Numbered from the stretch's first letter, positions 26,975-35,338 are shown. The stretch: 42,289 bases of DNA from Flavobacteriales bacterium (GCA_044348775.1 JBIKSC010000001.1:1-42289); one strand, 5' to 3'. A program made the numbers and translations. Notes: generated by a model from the sequence alone, not told the origin.

Positions 26975-27544
26975 TTAACAACTCATTAACACTTCTTCGA
27001 GAACCTTGGGAAACCACTCCATTTCGAGTGCACGAACCTTGCGCTCAATATCGGCAACGGAATCCTCTACTGAAATTTCAGTGCTGTATTGAGCAATGAC
27101 AGCACCTTCGTCGTAATGCTCATTTACCCAATGAATAGTTATACCTGATTCTTTCTCCTTAGCTGCATGAACAGCTTCATGAACAAAGTGTCCATACATA
27201 CCCTTACCACCATACTTGGGCAACAGCGCCGGATGAATGTTGATGATATGACAGGGATATTGTTTAACCATTTCGGCAGGCACCTTCCATAAAAAACCGG
27301 CCAACACAATGAAATCGACCTTCAGCGATTTTAACATGCGAAGAAAATCATCACCCTGTTTAAAGTTCTCCTTCGTCAGGATGTAAGTTGGAACATGATG
27401 TCGCTCGGCAATTTGCAAAACACCGGCATCCGTTTTATTACTGGCCACCAATACCACATCAACGATCGATTTCGATTTGAAATAGTCCATGATGTTGGCA
27501 GCATTGCTGCCGGCACCTGATGCTAAAATGGCAATACGTTTCAC
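26975..27544 (-). CDS. purN: Phosphoribosylglycinamide formyltransferase
   Basis: RIAILASGAGSNA and INIHPALLPKYGGKGMYG motifs are present. Confidence 0.9.
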   Translation of the reverse strand: MKRIAILASGAGSNAANIMDYFKSKSIVDVVLVASNKTDAGVLQIAERHHVPTYILTKENFKQGDDFLRMLKSLKVDFIVLAGFLWKVPAEMVKQYPCHIINIHPALLPKYGGKGMYGHFVHEAVHAAKEKESGITIHWVNEHYDEGAVIAQYSTEISVEDSVADIERKVRALEMEWFPKVLEEVLMSC

Positions 27545-27568
27545 AGTAGGAATTTTGGCAATATTACA

Positions 27569-29434
27569 TCACGAGCGGAAGATCAAGCCGTGAATCTTAT
27601 CGTATAATACTTCCGGCTGAAAAGGCTTGGAAACATACTCGTTCATCCCCTTCTCCAAACTGCGCTCACGCTCACCATTGAGCGCGTTAGCAGACAAACC
27701 AATGATAGGCACCTTCGAATTAAGCTCGTTCCTTATTTGTTCCGTTGCCTCAAAGCCATCCATGATGGGCATCTGCAAGTCCATTAGCACCAGATCGTAA
27801 TTCACATTTCTCATTCGATCGAGGGCATCCAGGCCATCCTCACTAATATCGACCTGCGCGTTCCAAGATTTAAGAAGTGCGTTAGCCAAAAACTGATTCA
27901 CCTTATTGTCTTCCACTAGCAGAATGCGAGAGCCCTCAAGATTGGGTTTAAACTCCTTCACGACGACTGATCCCTCTGCCGACTTTTTCAATTGAACTTC
28001 AAATGAGAATGTAGTGCCCGCGTTTTTCTCGCTGGTCAACTTCAATTCGCCACCCATCATCTCCACAATTCGCTTGGAAATGGACAGCCCCAAACCGGTG
28101 CCTCCATATTTGCGCGTAGTGCTATTATCTTCCTGGGCAAAGGCTTGAAAAACGGCGGTCTGTCGCTCTGCAGCGATGCCAATACCTGTATCGATGACAC
28201 TGAATCGAATTCCCTGCATTTCATTGGACTCACCCACCTGTGTTATCTCCAATCGCACTTTTCCTTGAGGCGTAAACTTGATAGCATTGCCAATGAGATT
28301 AGTTATAATCTGATTTAATCGGTGGACATCGCCTAGCAAGCGCGGTGCTATGCGCTCATCTAAGTTCCATTCAAACAATAACCCCTTTTCCTCTGCTCGC
28401 AATCGCAGAGACTTTGTTAGCTCTGAAAAATTCTCTTGCATGGAAAACTCAAGCTCCTCGAGCTCTACTTTACCTGCTTCAATGCGCGAAACATCGAGCA
28501 AATCATCGATAAGCACCAGCAGCCCATCCGACGAAAACCGCATCGTCTTTAAATATTCGCGCTGTTGGTCATTCAATGATGTGGAAGCAAGCAAAGCAGA
28601 CATGCCCACTATGGCATTCACCGGTGTTCGTAACTCGTGACTCACATTTGCCAAAATGGTTTTGCGCAGCTCAAGCCCGGCTTCTGCAGCCTTCCTTGCC
28701 TCTATCATTTCCTGCTCCAGTTTCTTTCTGGCAGAAATATCGAATACCACAATCACACCTCCTTCTACACGCCCCGCTTCGTCGAACAAAGGCGCTGTAG
28801 TGCACAACATCCAGGTTAATTCTCCGCTTGATTTTCGATAGGGTGACTCGAATACCTTACTCGTCAGGTAAAACTCAATAGGCGAGCCTGTTTCCAGATC
28901 ATGCCTAACAGAGAAATCCGAAGAGCGCAAGCCTATCATCTCATCTTCCTTACGTTCAAAAATTTCCGCAAATCGAGGCTCTACCTGTGTCAACCTTCCT
29001 TCCAAATCATAGCGAGCCATGCCCAAATTCAAACTTTCTATAATATCGAGTAAGCGCTGGTCGGATTGCGCCTTGCGCGTCTCTGCAATTTGTCGCTTAC
29101 CTATTTCCTCCTGCACCACGTCAGCCAACTGCAGTAAGTCTTCATTCTCCAAGGAAGGTCTGTCAGGGAAAAGTGTTGAGGCCGCTTCCTTCAATGTCTC
29201 GAGCACATGCGACTGACGTGCGAGCATTTGATTTACCGCCTCCTTTTTCGACATTAACTCATCGCTACTTTCACGCATGGCCGTTTCCATGAGCAAGCGA
29301 TCATTGTCTGAATGGTCATAGCTATTGCTCACAGCACTCAACAAGGCCTCCCATTCCGCAGACACTTCAGGGTAACCCGGCAAATACTTCTTCAACTGCC
29401 GCTCCAATAAGCGGTGATACTTTTTACCCGTCAT
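27569..29434 (-). CDS. Hybrid sensor histidine kinase / response regulator (coiled coil, PAS, HisKA, HATPase_c, REC)
   Basis: It has the H-box SHELRTPVNAIVGM, the G-box GTGLGLSISKRIVEMMGG, and a receiver domain ILLVEDNKVNQ...LVLMDLQMPIMDG. Its start overlaps the FIST gene stop by 4 nt. Confidence 0.9.
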   Translation of the reverse strand: MTGKKYHRLLERQLKKYLPGYPEVSAEWEALLSAVSNSYDHSDNDRLLMETAMRESSDELMSKKEAVNQMLARQSHVLETLKEAASTLFPDRPSLENEDLLQLADVVQEEIGKRQIAETRKAQSDQRLLDIIESLNLGMARYDLEGRLTQVEPRFAEIFERKEDEMIGLRSSDFSVRHDLETGSPIEFYLTSKVFESPYRKSSGELTWMLCTTAPLFDEAGRVEGGVIVVFDISARKKLEQEMIEARKAAEAGLELRKTILANVSHELRTPVNAIVGMSALLASTSLNDQQREYLKTMRFSSDGLLVLIDDLLDVSRIEAGKVELEELEFSMQENFSELTKSLRLRAEEKGLLFEWNLDERIAPRLLGDVHRLNQIITNLIGNAIKFTPQGKVRLEITQVGESNEMQGIRFSVIDTGIGIAAERQTAVFQAFAQEDNSTTRKYGGTGLGLSISKRIVEMMGGELKLTSEKNAGTTFSFEVQLKKSAEGSVVVKEFKPNLEGSRILLVEDNKVNQFLANALLKSWNAQVDISEDGLDALDRMRNVNYDLVLMDLQMPIMDGFEATEQIRNELNSKVPIIGLSANALNGERERSLEKGMNEYVSKPFQPEVLYDKIHGLIFRS

Positions 29435-30555
29435 TCAACTTCGTGGTAGGTCGTAATAGTCATGGTTTGATTGTGCAACGAACAGTGTGTGCTGCCCAAT
29501 TGCGGTGAGATTTCGCCGTTGGAATAAAAACCTGTATATGCCGCGTTGTTCCCGAAATACTGGCAAACCGATTCAACCTCCTCTTCTATTCGTTGATCGA
29601 GTACAACCTTTCTTCCTACACAGCTAACCATTAGCACAAGTTCCGGCGATAAATCATTAGACTGTTCGGCGGCTTTGGCGGCGCCGTCAACGAGCCTGTC
29701 AAAATTGGCCATCATGAACTGAACTTGCGCTCCCATCGGAATATTTCCCGCAAAACGAAGAGTGCCGGCTGCATCATCAACACTCAAGATGGTTCTAACC
29801 AACTGACTATCGCGATCGGCACCCAAAATACAAAGCGGGAAAAGCAGAGCTGATCCCGGTAATTCACTTGCTCTTGGTCCGAGATAACGCTTATAAATTT
29901 CCAAAGCGTTTTCTCCATCCAATTCATAAAGTACATTATCGACAGCCTTGGTAACCACGCGCACCGGACCAAACAAATCCCAACCGCCGTGCGAGCCATG
30001 CGTAATCCGCAACTTATCACCATAAAAACCTATTGCCACGATTCGATTCGCCTCAGGCTCCGCATTGGCGCCAACCAGTGTTTTTGTGAATCGCCCGGCA
30101 TCAGCCGCCAATCCTCCGGTTACTACAACATCAGCCGATAAATCGTTATTGATTCCCTTTACCAGGTCGTCACCATTCACGGATATTCCATCGGAAAAAA
30201 CAAGGATGTGGCACAAGCCCTGTCCCTTTAGCTGGGCTGTAATAGATCGACCACACTCAAAACTATTAGCGCAGTCTGCTACATTTCCGACTACAACCTT
30301 TAGTGAAGTTCGCTCGAAGCTGCACGCCGTCACACTTACTGTGTGGTCACTCACTTCATCACCATGTATTTCGCCCGCCGTGCTGGCTAACACAACATCT
30401 GCCTGCGGGTACACCTTACGAATTTCGCTGAAAACAGAATCGTTCGCCAATGCATCGATTGCTCCAAACGCAAAAATCAAATTAGGCTGAAACAATGCCT
30501 CGGGGGTTTTCGCCCAGCCCTTGCCTTCTCGCCATAAATGCTGTTGTACTTTCAT
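29431..30555 (-). CDS. FIST-domain sensory protein
   Basis: The length and layout (FIST_N / FIST_C-like) fit, and it is coupled to a histidine kinase. I chose ATG 30555 (MKVQQHLW), although the ORF is open to 30651. Confidence 0.65.
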   Translation of the reverse strand: MKVQQHLWREGKGWAKTPEALFQPNLIFAFGAIDALANDSVFSEIRKVYPQADVVLASTAGEIHGDEVSDHTVSVTACSFERTSLKVVVGNVADCANSFECGRSITAQLKGQGLCHILVFSDGISVNGDDLVKGINNDLSADVVVTGGLAADAGRFTKTLVGANAEPEANRIVAIGFYGDKLRITHGSHGGWDLFGPVRVVTKAVDNVLYELDGENALEIYKRYLGPRASELPGSALLFPLCILGADRDSQLVRTILSVDDAAGTLRFAGNIPMGAQVQFMMANFDRLVDGAAKAAEQSNDLSPELVLMVSCVGRKVVLDQRIEEEVESVCQYFGNNAAYTGFYSNGEISPQLGSTHCSLHNQTMTITTYHEVE

Positions 30556-30703
30556 GTGGTGTGGTGGTTTAGTGAAGCTTGAGCAACTCATTTCGCCCAA
30601 TAGAGGGTCAATGTAGGGATAACTCAGCAAATATCCCAAAGCATCAATCACCTCACAGGTGCTTTCCTTTTCTTGCTTAGGTTTGCTCCCTCAATATCCG
30701 TTT

Positions 30704-31426
30704 ATGTCAATAGTCGCTGAAAAAGTAGTTAAAACATATGGCCAACAGCAAGCACTAAACGGTGTTTCGTTTGAAATAGGCCGCGGTCAAATCGTCGGTT
30801 TCCTTGGACCTAACGGTGCCGGGAAAAGCACGATGATGAAGATTATTACGTGTTATATTCCTCCGACAGCGGGCAAGGTTACCGTGTGCGGTTTTGACGT
30901 AATGAGCCAAAGCACCGAGGCGAAGCGCTGCATCGGCTACCTCCCTGAACACAATCCGCTTTACACGGATATGTATGTACGCGAATACCTCTCATTCGTG
31001 GGAGGCATGTACAACATAGCAAACGTAAAATCGCGGGTGGAGGAAATGATTGAAACAGTCGGACTTCAGTCTGAAGCACATAAAAAAATTGAAACACTCT
31101 CCAAAGGATATCGCCAGCGAATCGGACTTGCCCAAGCGCTCATTCATGATCCGCAAGTGCTTATTCTCGACGAGCCTACAAGTGGATTAGATCCGAACCA
31201 ACTTGTCGAAATTCGAAACCTGATTGTTGCTGTGGGAAAAACAAAAACCGTCATGCTTTCGACGCACATTATGCAAGAAGTAGAAGCAATGTGTGACAAG
31301 GCATTCATCATTGACCACGGCAACATTGTGGCCAACGACCTTGACATCAAAGACCTCTCGAAAGAAGGCAAACGGCTGGAGGATATCTTTAAGGATGCAA
31401 CAAAAAAAGTGGCCAGTGGCGAATGA
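30704..31426 (+). CDS. gldA: ABC transporter ATP-binding protein, GldA-like
   Basis: Walker A GPNGAGKST, signature LSKGYRQR and Walker B LILDEPTSGLD are present. GYLPEHNPLYTDMYVREYL resembles GldA. At about 240 aa it is shorter than the GldA proteins I remember. The ORF is open from 30659. Confidence 0.55.
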   Translation: MSIVAEKVVKTYGQQQALNGVSFEIGRGQIVGFLGPNGAGKSTMMKIITCYIPPTAGKVTVCGFDVMSQSTEAKRCIGYLPEHNPLYTDMYVREYLSFVGGMYNIANVKSRVEEMIETVGLQSEAHKKIETLSKGYRQRIGLAQALIHDPQVLILDEPTSGLDPNQLVEIRNLIVAVGKTKTVMLSTHIMQEVEAMCDKAFIIDHGNIVANDLDIKDLSKEGKRLEDIFKDATKKVASGE

Positions 31427-31482
31427 CGAATGGCGAATGGGCACATGTCGAAATTAAAAAAACACGCCTTTTATTCGCCACT
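31415..31482. repeat. Stop-codon-anchored heptamer repeat (GGCGAAT, GACGAAT, GGCGAAT at 31418-31438) inside a hairpin closed by AGTGGCGAAT / ATTCGCCACT
   Basis: Read directly. The stem arms are at 31415-31424 and 31473-31482, and the gene's TGA (31424-31426) lies in the repeat. Confidence 0.75.
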
Positions 31483-31491
31483 AGTAAATTG

Positions 31492-32286
31492 TCATTTCAT
31501 TTCCTGCGGCACCAAACACACCGGTATAGGCCGCATTTTATGCTGATTCGCAGCATTCATTCTGCGATAAATGGAAAGCACTTCACCTTGACGCTCACTC
31601 AATAACATACCGGTTTCGTTATCGGATTCAACAAAACGCATCGCCCATTCAAGCTCCGGATAACTCGCTCCAATCTGTTCCTCATCCGACCGATCATCGC
31701 CCCATAAACCATCGGTCGGTGCTGCAAGTTGAATAGATTGAGCCACTCCCAGATGTGCAGCAAGTTCATAGACTTCTGTCTTCATCAAATCGGCAATAGG
31801 CGACACATCAACTCCTCCATCGCCATACTTCGTGTAAAAGCCTACACCGAAATCTTCGACCTTATTACCCGTACCTGCAACCAAAAGTTGATGAATGCCT
31901 CCATGGTAATACAACGTTGTCATGCGCAAACGAGATCGTGTATTCGCCATTGCAAGGTGTTGCGTGTGCAGATTTTCTGACTCTGTCTGCATCGATTGCA
32001 TAAACAAGTCGTATGCAGGCGTTAGATCTACTCTAGTATCAAATACATTGTCGTGCCTTTGCTTCAACCAAGCAATATGCTCTTGCGCTCGCGTCACTTG
32101 ACTCGCAGCTTGGTGAATGGGCATTTCAAGTAACAAGGTTTTACGCCCTGTCAATGCGCACAAGGTCGATGTGAGCGCTGAATCAATGCCGCCGCTAACT
32201 CCAACCACAAAACCGGATGTGCGACTCGTTTCAGAATAGTGAGAGAGCCAACTCACGATGTGATCAATAATAGCTTGATGCTTCAT
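31492..32286 (-). CDS. nadE: Ammonia-dependent NAD+ synthetase
   Basis: The PP-loop VGVSGGIDSALT is present, and 264 aa is typical for NadE. Confidence 0.9.
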   Translation of the reverse strand: MKHQAIIDHIVSWLSHYSETSRTSGFVVGVSGGIDSALTSTLCALTGRKTLLLEMPIHQAASQVTRAQEHIAWLKQRHDNVFDTRVDLTPAYDLFMQSMQTESENLHTQHLAMANTRSRLRMTTLYYHGGIHQLLVAGTGNKVEDFGVGFYTKYGDGGVDVSPIADLMKTEVYELAAHLGVAQSIQLAAPTDGLWGDDRSDEEQIGASYPELEWAMRFVESDNETGMLLSERQGEVLSIYRRMNAANQHKMRPIPVCLVPQEMK

Positions 32287-32290
32287 AACA

Positions 32291-32326
32291 GAAAAATAGA
32301 AAGTCCCGCCAAAGATGGCAGGACTT
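32291..32326 (-). terminator. Rho-independent terminator of the OM beta-barrel gene
   Basis: Minus strand: AAGTCCTGCC - ATCTTT - GGCGGGACTT followed by TCTATTTTTC, with one C/A mismatch in the stem. Confidence 0.75.
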
Positions 32327-32348
32327 CTTTATTACAATGAATGTAAGA

Positions 32349-33155
32349 CTAAAATAAAATACCCAACTGCAGAGAAAGCACGTTTGAAACAGCTTTCAAG
32401 TCGAACGTTTGCGGTTTGCCATCTTTGATGCTTGGCTCACCATTGTCGATTTTAACACCCTCTCCCTTCAGCACATTATTGAATCCATTATTGAAAACAA
32501 CGCCGGCAACCAAACTGGCATCACCGCTTAAGTTGTATTCTATACCTCCACCCACGATTAAGCTCGTGCGGAAGAGGTTAATATCCTTACTAATATCATT
32601 CTCTTTGATGGCATTGTCGCCTGTCAGGTCAACAACACGGGCTCCGGCGTCTTCCCAAACAGAAGTTTCATTTGTTGAGACATCAATCTTTTTGTGATCA
32701 ATCTCGTCATCGCCCTTCGCCTTAATGTTAAATCCGAGACCAACCCCAACCTGAGCCCAATAGGTGATGTATCCTATTTCGTTGGTTCGCAACTTGAGTG
32801 TCAATGGAATTTCCAAATACTTCAAGGTATAATCTCTCGAAATTTCCGATATCGACGGATAGTCACCAGCATTATCCGTTCTCTCAGCAACATCGGTATC
32901 GAAATACTTCAGCTCGCCACCGGCGTTGTAAATCTGAATTCCGGTTCCAATTGCATAATTGGCTGTGAACATGCGATCGATTGAAATACCAAAGCCGAAA
33001 TCCAACTTGTTAGAGTTACCGGAAAGATTGTTATCATCCGGTTTGAGCCAAGATAGATTCGGATCAAGGTGGAGGGCTATCTTCCAATCTTTCGTTTGAG
33101 CCACTGCCGTAGTTGTTAGCAATGCAGTGAGCATGAATAACATTATTTTTTTCAT
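32349..33155 (-). CDS. Outer-membrane beta-barrel (porin-family/PorT-like) protein
   Basis: It has a signal peptide (LTALLTTTAVAQ), alternating amphipathic beta-strand pattern and a C-terminal aromatic residue (LGILF). Confidence 0.7.
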   Translation of the reverse strand: MKKIMLFMLTALLTTTAVAQTKDWKIALHLDPNLSWLKPDDNNLSGNSNKLDFGFGISIDRMFTANYAIGTGIQIYNAGGELKYFDTDVAERTDNAGDYPSISEISRDYTLKYLEIPLTLKLRTNEIGYITYWAQVGVGLGFNIKAKGDDEIDHKKIDVSTNETSVWEDAGARVVDLTGDNAIKENDISKDINLFRTSLIVGGGIEYNLSGDASLVAGVVFNNGFNNVLKGEGVKIDNGEPSIKDGKPQTFDLKAVSNVLSLQLGILF

Positions 33156-33187
33156 ATACCTAACTTATAAGTTTTAAAATTGCCTTT

Positions 33188-34255
33188 ATGAGATTTTCAA
33201 ATCTATCCAAATTCCATAAAACCCGCTCATTCATTTTTGCCATGTTATTCATAATGGCTTGTGGATGCAATGATGATAAGCCCCTGCAAAAGATTGAAAT
33301 CGCACCGCAGGCCGCACAACTCAGCGCTCGAGCGCGTTCGTTTGATGTCGATCTTTTCAGTTGTGATTTTAATCAGCCGGTTCGTTGCGCTGACTCTCTT
33401 CGAGCCGTTTATGGCACCTTCTTCTGTGGATTTGTAGAAGAAGACCTTCGTCTGGCCGCTTGCACGAGCGACAGCACCGGACGACTATTAAGCATCTTCA
33501 CAGCCGACCCGCAAATCGCGGCTACGCACAAAGCAGTCATGCAAGTTTTCTCGCCGGAAAAAAGGCAAGCGTTCACGGATGATTTCACCGAAGTCATCCA
33601 ACGATGGAATCATTTCTTCCCTTCGCAACCTGTCCCCGAAATAATCTACTACTGCTCTGCATGGAATCGAAGTATTGCAACCACTGACAGTATCATAGGC
33701 ATTGCACTCGATTGCTACTTGGGACCTAACCATGAGATTACCCAAAAACTATCGCCCGACATTTTTCCATCCTATGTCAAAGAGAATATGGATGAACGAT
33801 ACATCATCGCCGATGCCGTAAAAGGTTTTTCGGCATGGCAGGCTCGGAATATGTATCAACCCAAAGACCTTCTCTCCGAACTCATCTTCTACGGTAAAAT
33901 CATGTACATCGCTGAAGCACTGGCACCTGATTTAGCCGACTCCACACTGATGAGCTGGAGCACACAACAATGGGAGTGGGCCACTGCAGGAGAAGGACAA
34001 GTGTGGAAAACACTAGCCAATGAGAAGACCATGTATCATTCGAAACCGTTCGAAATAAATAAGTGGTTTGCTGATGGGCCTTTCACTTCTGCGGCAGGCG
34101 TGCCGCAGCAGAGCGCTCCTCAATTAGGCGTCTGGATGGGCTGGAATATCATCAGAAGCTATATGAAAAAGTTTCCGGACACCAAACTGGATGTATTACT
34201 GAACGAAACTGACAACCAACGACTGCTCTCGGCCTATGTGCCGGGCAAACGCTGA
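33188..34255 (+). CDS. gldB: Gliding motility lipoprotein GldB
   Basis: It has a lipobox (FIMAC) and a C-terminal GVWMGWNIIRSYM motif like the GldB I remember from Flavobacterium johnsoniae. It lies immediately upstream of gldC. Confidence 0.75.
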   Translation: MRFSNLSKFHKTRSFIFAMLFIMACGCNDDKPLQKIEIAPQAAQLSARARSFDVDLFSCDFNQPVRCADSLRAVYGTFFCGFVEEDLRLAACTSDSTGRLLSIFTADPQIAATHKAVMQVFSPEKRQAFTDDFTEVIQRWNHFFPSQPVPEIIYYCSAWNRSIATTDSIIGIALDCYLGPNHEITQKLSPDIFPSYVKENMDERYIIADAVKGFSAWQARNMYQPKDLLSELIFYGKIMYIAEALAPDLADSTLMSWSTQQWEWATAGEGQVWKTLANEKTMYHSKPFEINKWFADGPFTSAAGVPQQSAPQLGVWMGWNIIRSYMKKFPDTKLDVLLNETDNQRLLSAYVPGKR

Positions 34256-34275
34256 AGCAGCACTACATTTGCGCC

Positions 34276-34605
34276 ATGAAACTCGAACAAATCCGATTCG
34301 AAATAACACTCGACGACAATAACGTTCCAGAAAAAATCAATTGGACCGCAACTGACAACAGCCGCTCAGCAGAAGCCAAGGCCATGATTCTATCGGTATG
34401 GGACAAGGAAGAACAAAATGCACTGCGCATTGATCTTTGGAACAAAGAAATGCAGGTGGATGAAATGAAACAGTTCGTGCATCAGACTATTCTCACCCTC
34501 GCAGACAGCTTCGAACGCGCAACCAACGAAAAAGCCATGGCCGATACCATGCGTGATTTTTGCGCGTACTATGCGGAGAAGATGAACATCATGAATAAGT
34601 ACTGA
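34276..34605 (+). CDS. gldC: Gliding motility protein GldC
   Basis: 109 aa. The N-terminus IRFEITLDDNNVPEKINWTATD matches the conserved GldC opening motif, and it lies 20 nt downstream of gldB. Confidence 0.75.
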   Translation: MKLEQIRFEITLDDNNVPEKINWTATDNSRSAEAKAMILSVWDKEEQNALRIDLWNKEMQVDEMKQFVHQTILTLADSFERATNEKAMADTMRDFCAYYAEKMNIMNKY

Positions 34606-34640
34606 GGACTGAGGACTGGGTACTGGGTACTGAGGACTAG
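34599..34640 (+). repeat. Heptamer tandem repeat, 6 units (GTACTGA, GGACTGA, GGACTGG, GTACTGG, GTACTGA, GGACTAG), starting inside the last codons and stop of gldC
   Basis: Read directly with an exact 7-nt period. Stop triplets at 34603 (in frame), 34610, 34631 and 34638 close all three frames. Confidence 0.9.
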
Positions 34641-34650
34641 TACCCATCAC

Positions 34651-34727
34651 CAGTACCCAGTACCCAGTACCCAGTAACCAGTACCCAGTACCCAGTACCC
34701 AGTATCCAGTACCCAGTATCCAGTACC
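34651..34727 (+). repeat. Heptamer tandem repeat, 11 units of CAGTACC (variants CAGTAAC and CAGTATC). It is the reverse complement of the left array and ends 11 nt before the engB ATG
   Basis: Read directly with an exact 7-nt period from 34651 to 34727. Together with 34599-34640 it can form a long slippable hairpin. Confidence 0.9.
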
Positions 34728-34738
34728 CCCAAAAAAAG

Positions 34739-35338
34739 ATGCTTCCCACCAACGCCACATTCCTGAAATCATCGACACTACTCGAACAGTGTCCGGATAC
34801 CGACCGTCCTGAGTTCGCCTTCATAGGCAGAAGCAACGTGGGTAAAAGCAGCCTGATTAATATGCTGGTCAATAAAAAGAACCTGGCCAAGACCTCTGCG
34901 ACGCCCGGTAAAACGAGATTGATTAATCACTTCGACATCAGCAGCAACAAGGGCGCGTGGTACCTCGTCGACTTGCCGGGGTATGGCTATGCCAAAATTT
35001 CTCGTAGCGAACGCGAAAAATGGGAAGTGATGATTGACGCCTATTTGAGTGAACGCGAAAACCTAGTGTGCACATTTGTACTCATCGACGTGCGCCATGA
35101 ACCACAAAAACTAGATTTAGAATTCTGCCTAAAACTGGGGCAAGACGGAATACCATTCGCTATTGTCTTCACTAAAGCAGATAAAGAAAAGCCGGGAGCA
35201 GTAGAGCGTAACGTAAATCTATTTTGTGACAAACTGCTTGAGCAATTCGCGGAACTACCTAACATTTTCGTGACCTCAGCCACAGAACGCACAGGTCGCG
35301 AAAGATTACTTGGATTTATCGGTCAGAGCATTCAATAA
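34739..35338 (+). CDS. engB: Ribosome biogenesis GTPase EngB (YihA/YsxC)
   Basis: G1 GRSNVGKSSLIN, G3 DLPGYGYA and G4 TKADK are present. Confidence 0.9.
   Translation: MLPTNATFLKSSTLLEQCPDTDRPEFAFIGRSNVGKSSLINMLVNKKNLAKTSATPGKTRLINHFDISSNKGAWYLVDLPGYGYAKISRSEREKWEVMIDAYLSERENLVCTFVLIDVRHEPQKLDLEFCLKLGQDGIPFAIVFTKADKEKPGAVERNVNLFCDKLLEQFAELPNIFVTSATERTGRERLLGFIGQSIQ

Noticed and set aside
30556-30703. N-terminal extensions of the FIST gene (to 30651) and the ABC ATPase gene (from 30659)
   Set aside because: The extensions would leave only 7 nt between divergent genes, and they add non-conserved-looking residues before the canonical N-termini (MKVQQHLW… and MSIVAEKVVKTYG…). I preferred the internal ATGs. 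This remains uncertain.
34599-34727. Possible CRISPR array or other spacer-containing repeat locus
   Set aside because: The units are 7 nt and directly abutting, with no unique spacers. No cas genes or leader are present. It is a microsatellite-like inverted array, not a CRISPR.
34390-34890. 166-aa minus-strand ORF (…WGYWILGTGYWVLGTGYWLLGTGYW…) spanning the heptamer arrays
   Set aside because: It stays open only because GGTACTG/CAGTACC units contain no stop in that orientation. It overlaps the ends of gldC and engB on the opposite strand, and its sequence is just the translated repeat.
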